NCBI GenBank assembly: GCA_041672395.1
Contig: JBAYZS010000003.1
Coordinates: forward strand, 6,638 to 70,637
Direction: 5' to 3'
Source: Dysgonamonadaceae bacterium
Lineage (GTDB): Bacteria > Bacteroidota > Bacteroidia > Bacteroidales > Dysgonomonadaceae
DNA: 64,000 nucleotides
A model generated the notes under the pieces. That model had not been told where the DNA came from. It saw only the letters and a program-made list of their open reading frames with translations, and searched no databases. Position numbers and translations under genes: made by a program. Of this stretch, positions 48,669-58,413 are shown piece by piece (within the stretch, counting starts at the first letter, position 1; each line of letters starts with the position of its first letter).

Positions 48669-50027
48669 TTATTGCAATTGAATTGTATATAATAATTCTC
48701 CTGTTTCTCCGACCATATTTCCTTGAGAGGGCATGAAACTAGTCACAATAAATCGATTTTGATCTATTTGAGCAATGCCCGGATTTGCAAAAGAAGTAGA
48801 GCCTAAATTTGTATTTGGATTTAATTGATAATAAAATAATCCATTTCCAAATAAAATACGCCAGCTACTCCAATCATGTTGTATATATTGAGCCTCAATA
48901 AGTATATAATCACCATCTCTTCTGAAACTAGTTCTTGCACCTATATTGCCTTTAAAACCCATATTTTGGATATTATTATTTGAAATTATATCTTTCCAAG
49001 CTTTCCATTCGCTGAAATTCTGAATAATTCCAAATGCTTGTTGGTCATGTATAATGTTTTCATAATAATGGAACCCTAATAAAATATAAGAATTAGAAGG
49101 AGTATTACCTTCTATTTTCCTGATATCAGGTGTCCCTTCTGCTGTTGGAGCAAACGTACGAGTTATAGATTTATCATAAGATGGATTATTAATAATTAAG
49201 TCATCATATGAATTATAAAATCTTAATTGAACATTATTTGAACCTTGTATTACATCCTGTTCGTTAGCAACTAGATATCCATTTCCCCATTTTTCAATAT
49301 CACCTTGATGAGCCCTGTCTCCTAATTCTGTTATGTAAGTCCAACTTTTCAAGTCGTTACTTCCTGAAAGATACAATTTAAATCTACCATCATTGACCAT
49401 TGAATGAGAGACACCCAGATATGTGAATTTTTCATCAGCTTTCACTATTCGCAAAACATCCATTGTGATATTTCTATTATCCTTTAAACCAAAAATAGGA
49501 TTACTGTTTTTGATTGAATTTAATTTATTGATTAAATTATTAGTCTGAGGATTCTTTCTAAACCACCATTCATAAGCAATGTTCAGATTTACTGCAATAG
49601 CTTTAGATTCTAATTCATTTTGAGTTCTACCTGTATTGACAGTATTTAAATCAACAATTAAGCTATAATAATCTTTCAATGTCATTAAAGAGAGTTCATT
49701 CGTTTTGTATCCATAATCCAAAAGGAATTTATATGACATTGAAGCTAAACATAAATCATTGTCGCTCATTGATTTTAATTCAACTGATGGCGAAGCACTT
49801 ATTTTTTCTAAATTAGAAATCAAAGAGTTTCGTTTCTCATTATATGAAGTGGTCATTATAAATGAAAGTGGAGACCAATCCATATAAAGAAGAGTTTTGA
49901 CTAAGATATCTTCATTTTTAATTATAGGTTTTGTTTGAGAATTATTCTCGATATTCTCTTTTGAACAACCCGGAATTGCTATTAATAAGGATAATAGTAA
50001 GAGTGTATATTTTATAAGTTTTACCAT
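48669..50027 (-). CDS. Lipoprotein of unknown function (helical N-domain plus beta-rich C-domain with an Asp-box-like motif)
   Basis: Lipobox (LLIAIPGCSKEN). 452 aa. It has an SGSNDLKSWT Asp-box-like motif. Its start overlaps the stop of the upstream gene (ATGGTAA), and its stop lies 2 nt before the DUF4185 ATG. Confidence 0.6.
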   Translation of the reverse strand: MVKLIKYTLLLLSLLIAIPGCSKENIENNSQTKPIIKNEDILVKTLLYMDWSPLSFIMTTSYNEKRNSLISNLEKISASPSVELKSMSDNDLCLASMSYKFLLDYGYKTNELSLMTLKDYYSLIVDLNTVNTGRTQNELESKAIAVNLNIAYEWWFRKNPQTNNLINKLNSIKNSNPIFGLKDNRNITMDVLRIVKADEKFTYLGVSHSMVNDGRFKLYLSGSNDLKSWTYITELGDRAHQGDIEKWGNGYLVANEQDVIQGSNNVQLRFYNSYDDLIINNPSYDKSITRTFAPTAEGTPDIRKIEGNTPSNSYILLGFHYYENIIHDQQAFGIIQNFSEWKAWKDIISNNNIQNMGFKGNIGARTSFRRDGDYILIEAQYIQHDWSSWRILFGNGLFYYQLNPNTNLGSTSFANPGIAQIDQNRFIVTSFMPSQGNMVGETGELLYTIQLQ

Positions 50028-52201
50028 TGAATATTTACGATTGTACCTTCAGGATCATTTTCGAAAGTAATTTTGCATGTTTTGCTAAAACTATTCCATT
50101 CCCACTTTGCATCAGTAAGTGGATTCATTTCTGTATCTGTTATGACACACCTTTTTGGTGAAGTTGGCAGTAATACCCTAATAACGTTTGAAGTACTTAA
50201 TGGACTTTTAGAAAGAAATGAATAGCTTTTTTTTGTGATTTTTTCAACATAAATTCTTGAAGCTGATGCTAATACCTGAGGCTCCATTCTGTTCTCTACT
50301 TTATCTATGTTGAATAGATAAGCTTGACTTCCTGGCTTTACAATTTTTTGTGTTAAAATAGGAAGCTGAGGATCAAATAGATCAACAAATAATCCATTTA
50401 ATACATAAGCGTCATTATTAACACTTTCATCTAAGACTGATACAATTTCATATGGACCTCTTGATAACGAGAAATAATTTTTCAGTTTCATTGAAGAACC
50501 ATCCTTTTCATAAAGTCCTTTTACAACATTAAGTAATTTTAAATCTGTCCCTTTTTCTAGAATAAATTCTTTTGGATCATTGCGAAGTACATAAATAGTG
50601 CCTTTACCATATTTGTATTGGCCTTCATCGGGAAATGAATTTAATCCTAGTAATTTAAATAAGTGATCAGATGCTCGTTCGTAGGAATTCCCATCTTGAT
50701 TCCACCATTCAGGTACAGATTGAAAAGGATCATTATCTCGTCCGCAATATACCAGAATACCTCCGAATTTTACCCAATCAGCAATGTAACTGTGAGATTT
50801 ATCAGAAAGGGGTTTCATATTAGAATACGACATCAATAAAATTTTCGTGTCGTTCCAAGTTTCTGGATATTCTACATTTTCTAGATGAACTATATTTACG
50901 GGGATACCTTGTTTAATAAATGGAAGTGATTGACCGTAAAAATTTGAAAGTTGAGGATCTTCATATCCTTTGTGAGTTGGAAATCGCTGAAACATTAATG
51001 AATTCGCCATTAAAACACTAATACCGTGTGAACCGCTGACCTTATTTTCAGATAGTGGTATGTGGTTCAACGAATTTATCATTACTTGCATTTGTGTAGA
51101 ATAAAAACGAGGTATTTTATCTTTTTTATCACTTTCGGCGCTAGTTCTATATAATCCTTCATAGATTCTGTCAGGCCATGGCATTACTTCGTAATCACTA
51201 ATGTTTGGATACAATAATTGAGCCGTAAATGTTGCCTGATAATTATTCTTATAATCAACCCAATCACGAGGCAAATCTTCAATTGGGTCAGTAAGAAAAA
51301 ATATTTTTCGACCTGTTGGGGCTGTCATTGATTCCATAGATCCGTATTCAAGAAAAGCAGTTTCAAAAACCCTTTCTTTACGAATACCTTTGTAATAATT
51401 GGGTTCTCTGGAAGTACCTGTCCAAACTTGGGCTATATACCCATCTACTGAAGGAAGAGAAGCAAGACTTGCTTCTGGACTCACAATTTGCCATTGAGAA
51501 TAATTTACTAGTGAATGTGTAGGTACATAACAACGTACATTCAGCCCTTTGCTTTTTCCATATTCTTTGGCATATCTAAAACATTCATCTAAGGCACGAT
51601 AATATAAGTAATATTTCAGTTTATTAGATAAATAAGTGTTTTCAGGAGATTCATGTTGAGGTCTCCAGTCAAAACCGTAATAATTTTTCCATTCTTTTTT
51701 GAATGCCTCACTATAACCTGCTCTTGCCCAAAACTCAGGCTCTTCTAAGTAAATAGCATCAATGCCTGCATCAATTACTTTTTTTATGTGTTTTTCTTTT
51801 ATGTATTGAATAAAATTTAAAGTGGGTACGATATAAGGAACAAGATGTCCATGCCAAATAGTATCACCTTGACGTGTTTTCTGTCCTTCATCTAAATGCC
51901 ATTTTCCATCCCATTTTCCAGTGAAATAGTCTTGATATTCTCCCCAAGCAATTCCGGTCATGAAATGTGTTTGATATCCTTTATCCCGCCACGATTCAAC
52001 TCTGTCTTTAAAAGATAAATCTTTCCTGTCATTTGCTCCATAAACAATTGCAATGTCTGCACGAGTGTCAGTTACCGGTTTCCAAGGGGCAGATGTCTGA
52101 AATGCTGTTTTCTCTTTATTCTTCTGAAATGTGTTTTGTGAATATACTCCTATAAAATAAAGAGATACAAATAATATTGCTATATAAATCTTGATTTTCA
52201 T
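50021..52201 (-). CDS. Secreted protein of unknown function; glycoside-hydrolase-like TIM barrel followed by further domains
   Basis: Signal peptide present. 726 aa. The N-half alternates beta/alpha segments and has an AIYLEEPEFW motif reminiscent of clan GH-A acid/base strands. The middle region (ILLMSYSN...WVKFGGILVYCG) resembles the glutamine-amidotransferase-like trimerisation domain of GH42-type enzymes. I do not recognise a family. Confidence 0.55.
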   Translation of the reverse strand: MKIKIYIAILFVSLYFIGVYSQNTFQKNKEKTAFQTSAPWKPVTDTRADIAIVYGANDRKDLSFKDRVESWRDKGYQTHFMTGIAWGEYQDYFTGKWDGKWHLDEGQKTRQGDTIWHGHLVPYIVPTLNFIQYIKEKHIKKVIDAGIDAIYLEEPEFWARAGYSEAFKKEWKNYYGFDWRPQHESPENTYLSNKLKYYLYYRALDECFRYAKEYGKSKGLNVRCYVPTHSLVNYSQWQIVSPEASLASLPSVDGYIAQVWTGTSREPNYYKGIRKERVFETAFLEYGSMESMTAPTGRKIFFLTDPIEDLPRDWVDYKNNYQATFTAQLLYPNISDYEVMPWPDRIYEGLYRTSAESDKKDKIPRFYSTQMQVMINSLNHIPLSENKVSGSHGISVLMANSLMFQRFPTHKGYEDPQLSNFYGQSLPFIKQGIPVNIVHLENVEYPETWNDTKILLMSYSNMKPLSDKSHSYIADWVKFGGILVYCGRDNDPFQSVPEWWNQDGNSYERASDHLFKLLGLNSFPDEGQYKYGKGTIYVLRNDPKEFILEKGTDLKLLNVVKGLYEKDGSSMKLKNYFSLSRGPYEIVSVLDESVNNDAYVLNGLFVDLFDPQLPILTQKIVKPGSQAYLFNIDKVENRMEPQVLASASRIYVEKITKKSYSFLSKSPLSTSNVIRVLLPTSPKRCVITDTEMNPLTDAKWEWNSFSKTCKITFENDPEGTIVNIQW

Positions 52202-52304
52202 TTCGCTGTCTATGAATTTAAAGACAAGAGCATGTTATTTATACTTGACCAAGTAAACATTCTCCTGTCATAATAAATATGAATTAAGGAATATCAACTA
52301 TTAT

Positions 52305-52329
52305 GGCTTAATTATAATTATGCCTTTTT
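52305..52329 (+). promoter_or_regulatory. Near-perfect 20-nt AT-rich palindrome GGCTTAATTATAATTATGCC followed by T5
   Basis: Read directly. It lies in a 698-bp non-coding region between the divergent 726-aa gene and clpB. No upstream plus-strand gene exists for it to terminate. Confidence 0.3.
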
Positions 52330-52899
52330 ATATCTTCAGTAGCATTATTTATTCTTGCAGCAGCTCGAATAAACACAGTCCTTTTAGATGGTATTACTCC
52401 ATTTGGTCAGTTTCTGACTTTAAGCTGAATTAATGTTTTTAATCATTAAAGTTTATCAAGTTTTTCATTACCTCCACTAAATTGGAAAATTACCATTTAT
52501 TTCATTTATTCAAAGAATAATAGTTGTAATGAAAGTTCCTGTCTTTCTGGTTATGTTTATGGAAACTCTTTTTTACTTATTGATTCTTTAGATAACATTA
52601 AATATTTAATACAAATATACTAAGTTAAACGATTAATCAAAAATTATTTTATATGTTATAAAACATATTTTATGTAATATTTGTAATTTATAATGATTCT
52701 ATTTTAGATGCTTTTTTCGTGGCTTTTCCTGTTAATGATGGTCTCACTGTCCTATAAATATGTTTCGTACTGACAAAACGTCATAATTCATCCTTTTGGC
52801 AAAGATTTTGATCTTTATATTCAGAAAACGAAGTAATTACGAAACAAAAACAGTATTGCTTTGTTCAAAATAAGTTAATAATGAAAGGAGATATTTTAT

Positions 52900-55488
52900 A
52901 TGAATTTCAATAATTTTACTATTAAAGCACAAGAGGCTATACAAAAAGCCATTGAATTGGCTCAATCTAAAAATCAACAAATGATTGAACCTATTCACAT
53001 TCTTAAAAGTGTGATGAATGTTGGCGAAAATGTCACCAATTTCATATTCCAGAAATTAGGTGTCAATATTCATAATCTGGAAATCGTCCTAAATAATCAA
53101 ATCGAATCATTATCACGTGTTTCGGGTGGGGAACCCATGCTCAGTCGCGAAAGTAATAGTATGTTGCAAAAAGCAATAGATTTTACCGGAAAAATGGGCG
53201 ACCAATATGCATCAATAGAACACTTGATCATGGCGCTGTTTGCTGAAAAAAGTACGGCTTCTCAAATATTAAAAGATGCTGGTGTCACTCAGAATGATCT
53301 TGATGCTGCAATTAATGAATTAAGAAAAGGAGAGAAAGTAACTAGCCAATCTGCTGAAGATACTTATCAATCGTTAAGCAAATATGCGATTAATCTGACA
53401 GAAAAAGCGCGTAATGGAAAACTTGATCCGGTTATCGGACGAGATGAAGAAATCCGTAGGGTATTACAGATTTTAAGTCGACGAACAAAGAATAATCCGA
53501 TTCTGATTGGTGAGCCTGGTACAGGTAAAACAGCAATTGTTGAGGGACTTGCACATCGAATTATTCGTGGAGATGTTCCCGAGAACTTAAAGAGTAAACA
53601 GATATTTTCCCTCGATATGGGAGCACTTATTGCTGGTGCAAAATATCAGGGAGAATTCGAAGAACGACTGAAGTCGGTAGTGAATGAGGTGGTGAAGTCG
53701 GAAGGGGAGATCATCTTATTTATCGATGAAATTCATACTTTAGTTGGTGCTGGAAAGGGAGCAGGAGCAATGGATGCGGCTAATATTCTGAAACCGGCAT
53801 TATCAAGAGGCGAACTGCGAACTATTGGCGCTACTACTCTTGATGAATATCAGAAGTATTTCGAAAAGGATAAAGCGCTTGAACGCCGTTTCCAAATGGT
53901 GATGGTCGACGAACCTAGTGTGGAAGACACAATCTCAATACTTCGTGGATTGAAGGAGAAATACGAAAATCATCACAAAGTGCGTATTAAAGATGAAGCA
54001 ATAATTGCTTCATCGCAACTTTCGCATCGATATATCACCGATAGATTCTTACCCGACAAGGCAATAGATTTGATGGATGAGGCTTCTGCAAAGTTACGAA
54101 TGGAAATTGATTCTGTTCCTGAAGAGTTGGATGAGATTCAGCGTAAAATAAAGCAACTGGAGATAGAACGTGAAGCTATCAAACGTGAAAATGATATCAC
54201 CAAGTTGGAGCAACTTGCTAATCAGATTGAGAATCTGAAACAGGATGAAAGTGGATTCAAAGCTAAATGGAAAAGCGAAAAAGACCTGATAAACAAGATT
54301 CAACAGAATAAAATCGATATCGAAGATGCTAAATTCCAGGCAGACAGAGCTGAACGTGAAGGGGATTATGGTAAAGTAGCCGAACTTCGTTACGGAAAGA
54401 TTAAAGATAAGGAACGAGAGATCGAAGAACTACAAACCCAACTGCATGAACAGCAGGGTAATAGGGCAATGATAAAGGAGGAAGTGGACTCTGAAGATAT
54501 TGCTGATGTTGTTTCAAGGTGGACAGGAATTCCTGTAAGCAAAATGCTTCAAAGCGAGCGTGAGAAATTGCTTCATCTGGAAGAAGAGTTGCACAAACGG
54601 GTAGTTGGTCAGGATGAAGCAATTACGGCTGTCGCTGATGCTATTCGTAGAAATAGAGCTGGACTGAGCGATCCAAAACGTCCAATTGGCTCATTTATAT
54701 TTCTTGGAACAACGGGTGTAGGTAAAACTGAATTAGCTAAAGCCTTGGCTGATTATCTGTTTGATGATGAAAATTTGATGACGCGTATCGACATGAGTGA
54801 ATATCAGGAGAAGTTTAGTGCTACACGATTAATTGGAGCGCCTCCTGGATATGTTGGATATGACGAAGGTGGTCAACTTACAGAGGCAATTCGTCGTAAA
54901 CCTTATTCAGTAGTATTATTTGATGAAATAGAAAAAGCTCATCCTGATGTGTTCAATATTTTACTGCAAGTACTTGATGATGGCCGTCTTACCGACAACA
55001 AGGGTAGGGTGGTGAATTTCAAGAATACGATCATCATTATGACATCAAATATGGGGTCATCACAAATACGAGAGAATTTCGAGAATATTAATGAACGGAA
55101 TCGAGATGAAATCATCGAAAACACCAAAAATATGGTGATGAGTATGCTCAAATCGACTATTAGACCTGAATTTCTTAATCGTATTGATGATATTATCATG
55201 TTCGCACCTTTGAACCAGGATGAGATCAATCAGATAGTTCGATTACAATTGGATAATCTAAAGAAGATGTTAGTTGAAAATCAAATTGAACTGAAATATA
55301 CTGATGAAGCTGTCAAAAGCATCGGTGAAGCAGGTTTCGATCCTGAATTTGGAGCACGTCCGGTTAAAAGAGTAATTCAGCGTAAGGTTCTGAATCAATT
55401 ATCTAAAGATATATTAGGCGATAAAGTAGATAAATCTATGCCAATCATAATAGATGCAATTGATGATATAATATTCTTTAAGAATTGA
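52900..55488 (+). CDS. clpB: ATP-dependent chaperone ClpB
   Basis: 862 aa. It has a Clp N-domain, two AAA+ modules (GEPGTGKTAIVEGLA and GTTGVGKTELAKALA) and the long coiled-coil M-domain between them. Confidence 0.96.
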   Translation: MNFNNFTIKAQEAIQKAIELAQSKNQQMIEPIHILKSVMNVGENVTNFIFQKLGVNIHNLEIVLNNQIESLSRVSGGEPMLSRESNSMLQKAIDFTGKMGDQYASIEHLIMALFAEKSTASQILKDAGVTQNDLDAAINELRKGEKVTSQSAEDTYQSLSKYAINLTEKARNGKLDPVIGRDEEIRRVLQILSRRTKNNPILIGEPGTGKTAIVEGLAHRIIRGDVPENLKSKQIFSLDMGALIAGAKYQGEFEERLKSVVNEVVKSEGEIILFIDEIHTLVGAGKGAGAMDAANILKPALSRGELRTIGATTLDEYQKYFEKDKALERRFQMVMVDEPSVEDTISILRGLKEKYENHHKVRIKDEAIIASSQLSHRYITDRFLPDKAIDLMDEASAKLRMEIDSVPEELDEIQRKIKQLEIEREAIKRENDITKLEQLANQIENLKQDESGFKAKWKSEKDLINKIQQNKIDIEDAKFQADRAEREGDYGKVAELRYGKIKDKEREIEELQTQLHEQQGNRAMIKEEVDSEDIADVVSRWTGIPVSKMLQSEREKLLHLEEELHKRVVGQDEAITAVADAIRRNRAGLSDPKRPIGSFIFLGTTGVGKTELAKALADYLFDDENLMTRIDMSEYQEKFSATRLIGAPPGYVGYDEGGQLTEAIRRKPYSVVLFDEIEKAHPDVFNILLQVLDDGRLTDNKGRVVNFKNTIIIMTSNMGSSQIRENFENINERNRDEIIENTKNMVMSMLKSTIRPEFLNRIDDIIMFAPLNQDEINQIVRLQLDNLKKMLVENQIELKYTDEAVKSIGEAGFDPEFGARPVKRVIQRKVLNQLSKDILGDKVDKSMPIIIDAIDDIIFFKN

Positions 55489-55510
55489 AGATAATATTAA
55501 TGTATATTAG

Positions 55511-55540
55511 AGCGGGAGCAATGTGCTTACCGCTTTTTTG
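55511..55540 (+). terminator. Probable intrinsic terminator after clpB
   Basis: AGCGGGAGCA-ATG-TGCTTACCGCT forms an imperfect hairpin followed by TTTTTT. Confidence 0.5.
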
Positions 55541-55548
55541 TTGAAATA

Positions 55549-57012
55549 TTACCGCTTCCAAAAATCAGGTACGAAAAGTGATAATACCGTAAAAAGTTCC
55601 AAGCGTCCAACCAACATCAGAAAACTCATATAATACTTTGCAAATGAACTTACTTCTGCAAAATTTCCTGCCGGTCCATGTTCTCCCAATCCAGGACCTA
55701 CATTACCTAAACTGGCTATGGCCGCACCAACGGCTTCACTAAAAGACATACCTGAAAGACTTAAGATAACAAAACTTATGCCCGTAAGTGAGGTGTATAG
55801 AAACATGAAAGCCAAAACTTTTGAAACAACAGATTGTTGAATAACCTTTCCGTTCATTTTTACCATGAGTAGGGCATTCGGATGCACCTGTTTTCTAAAT
55901 TCAACCAAACTGTTTTTAACCATAACAACCAGTCTGGATATTTTCATTCCTCCCGATGTAGAACCTTCGCTAGCACAGAAAATCATTAATGACAGAAAAA
56001 CAAACCAGTAAACATGGCCCCATGTGAGATAATCAAAAGTAGCATAACCTGTAGTTGTGATGATAGAAACCACCTGAAACAAAACCGTTCTTAAAGTATA
56101 TTCAATGTTTTGCATTTGACCATTGAGTAACAGACTGGAAGCAATGATTATAGAGTAAATCAATATGATAAGACAATACCATTTAAATTCTTCATCTTTG
56201 AATACTTTGATCGACCTTTTTCTAAAGAAGGAATAAATAAGAAAGAAGTTTGTACCACCCAAAAACATCATTATTATTAGTACATATTCAGTAAATGCCG
56301 AGTTGTAGTAAGCAATGCTTGATTGTTTGGTAGAAAAACCCCCACATGAAATTCCAGAAAGCGTGTGGCAAGCAGAATCAAAAGCATCCATTGGACCTGC
56401 CCAAAGCAACAGAAAACCAACGATAGTCAAAATAGAATAGATGAGCAAAATATTTTTTGCCATATCTTTGATACGAGGTGTTATTTGATTCTGCATGATT
56501 CCTGTTACTTCAGCATCAAATAATTCTACCGCACTACCACCGAAAAGTGGCATAAAGCCCATGACAAAAACAATGATTCCCACGCCACCAATCCATTGAG
56601 TGATACTTCGCCAAAAATGCAAACATTTTGGGAATGCTTCAACATTTATGAGCGTAGAACCGCCGGTTGTTGTAAATCCGGCCATACTCTCAAAAAAAGC
56701 ATTATCGAAAGAAGGGATAGCATCACTAAAAATATATGGTAATGTTCCCAACAGAGCCATCATGGTCCAGCCTAAAGTCACAGCCAGATAACCTTCACGT
56801 TTTGTAATATCCTGTCGCCCTTTTATAAACCTTGACAGTAAAAGAAGTAATATACCGGTTAGTGAAGTAATAACAACTGAAATGTAAATACCTTTTGTTG
56901 CAGGTTCATTATAATATTCCCCTATGAAAGTAGAAAATAGCATAAAAATGGATTCTACTGTTAGTAAAAATCCTATAATCTTGATAACAAATGAAAGATT
57001 AAAATTCTTCAT
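55549..57012 (-). CDS. trkH: TrkH-family potassium uptake protein
   Basis: 487 aa and polytopic, with repeated M1-P-M2 units carrying TTTG/GG-type selectivity loops (GFTTTGGS, ITTTGYAT). It is adjacent to trkA. Confidence 0.9.
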   Translation of the reverse strand: MKNFNLSFVIKIIGFLLTVESIFMLFSTFIGEYYNEPATKGIYISVVITSLTGILLLLLSRFIKGRQDITKREGYLAVTLGWTMMALLGTLPYIFSDAIPSFDNAFFESMAGFTTTGGSTLINVEAFPKCLHFWRSITQWIGGVGIIVFVMGFMPLFGGSAVELFDAEVTGIMQNQITPRIKDMAKNILLIYSILTIVGFLLLWAGPMDAFDSACHTLSGISCGGFSTKQSSIAYYNSAFTEYVLIIMMFLGGTNFFLIYSFFRKRSIKVFKDEEFKWYCLIILIYSIIIASSLLLNGQMQNIEYTLRTVLFQVVSIITTTGYATFDYLTWGHVYWFVFLSLMIFCASEGSTSGGMKISRLVVMVKNSLVEFRKQVHPNALLMVKMNGKVIQQSVVSKVLAFMFLYTSLTGISFVILSLSGMSFSEAVGAAIASLGNVGPGLGEHGPAGNFAEVSSFAKYYMSFLMLVGRLELFTVLSLFVPDFWKR

Positions 57013-57052
57013 GCCATTCTATTCTTCTGTTTCCAGGGAATTATTTAATAAG

Positions 57053-58390
57053 TCAGTTAAATAATTTTTCAATACTTTTTAAAGTGTTATTCAAGAAGAT
57101 AACCACCACTTTGTCATATGCTTCAATTTGTGTTTCCCCTTCAACCAAAATTGGAACATCGTTACGAATTAAAGCGCCAAAAGTAATGTCCGACGGGAGG
57201 TTTAGATTCTTAATGAGTTTTTTTGTAACCAACGAATTAGGTTTAGCTACTACCTCACCCACATTAGCATTAGCAAAGTTCAGATTCTTAATATTACTTG
57301 CATCAGCTTTTAGCAATAACTCATATATTTTGCTGGCAGCAATCATTTTCTTGTTGATAACTGCGCCAATATCCAGTTTTTCAGCCATAGAAATGTAATC
57401 ATTATTTTCCACTTCAGCAATTGTTTTTTGAACACCATATTGTTTAGCAGCAAGGCATGCCAATACATTTGCCTCCGAGTTTCCGGTAAGTGCTAAAAAA
57501 GCATCCATATCTTTTATACCCTCGCTTTGTAATAACTCTCCATCTCTGCCGTCTCCAATAAAAATTGTTACATTTGATGGTACCTTTTCAAATAATAATT
57601 CTGCTCGGTCTCGGTTTTGTTCTATAATTTTAATATTCATGCTTTTAGGCAGAAATTGAACAGTTCTTAATGCGATTCTGCTCCCACCCATAATCATTAT
57701 ATTTTTAGCTTCGAAAGATACTTTTCCGAATATTTCAGGTAATTTATCAAGATGAGCATGTAGAGTGGTGAAATAAACCAAATCGTTATGTAGAATCTTG
57801 TCGTTTCCTTTAGGAATCAAAGTGTAATTATCCCTTTTGATAGCAACTAAATGAAATAATTTGTTTGACTGAGAAATTTCATATAAATATTTATTCGCTA
57901 TAGGAGCATTATCTCTAACTTTAGCCCCAGAAAGTATCACAGCACCATTTGCCAGTTCCCACCAAACTCTGGTCCACGGTTTTTTAAGTGCAAGAGCGAT
58001 TTCCTTTGCAGCAACCATTTCTGGATAGATCATAGAATGAATTCCTAAACTTTCAAAAAACTCTTTATTCTTTGGTAGAAGATATTCATAATTATCTATA
58101 CGAGCCAATGTTTTTTTTGCGCCCAACTTATTTGCGAGCATGCAAGCAGTAATGTTTTGTGATTCTTCTGGTGTTACCGCTATAAATAAATCTGCTTTAT
58201 TTATGTTTGCATTCTCTAAATCACTGAGTGAAGTGCATTTACTCTCAATAGTAAGCAATTCGGTATTCTCCCGGAGTGAGCTAAAACGTTCTTTGTCGGC
58301 ATCCATCAATGTGATGTCGTGTTGTTCTTGTCCTAATAATCGGGCAAGATGCGTACCTACAGCGCCAGCACCGGCAATAATTATTTTCAT
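57053..58390 (-). CDS. trkA: Trk system potassium uptake protein TrkA
   Basis: Two tandem RCK/NAD-binding units (MKIIIAGAGAVGTHLA and IMIMGGSRIAL). 445 aa. Confidence 0.92.
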   Translation of the reverse strand: MKIIIAGAGAVGTHLARLLGQEQHDITLMDADKERFSSLRENTELLTIESKCTSLSDLENANINKADLFIAVTPEESQNITACMLANKLGAKKTLARIDNYEYLLPKNKEFFESLGIHSMIYPEMVAAKEIALALKKPWTRVWWELANGAVILSGAKVRDNAPIANKYLYEISQSNKLFHLVAIKRDNYTLIPKGNDKILHNDLVYFTTLHAHLDKLPEIFGKVSFEAKNIMIMGGSRIALRTVQFLPKSMNIKIIEQNRDRAELLFEKVPSNVTIFIGDGRDGELLQSEGIKDMDAFLALTGNSEANVLACLAAKQYGVQKTIAEVENNDYISMAEKLDIGAVINKKMIAASKIYELLLKADASNIKNLNFANANVGEVVAKPNSLVTKKLIKNLNLPSDITFGALIRNDVPILVEGETQIEAYDKVVVIFLNNTLKSIEKLFN

Positions 58391-58413
58391 TTCATGATAA
58401 TTGATAGAATAAC

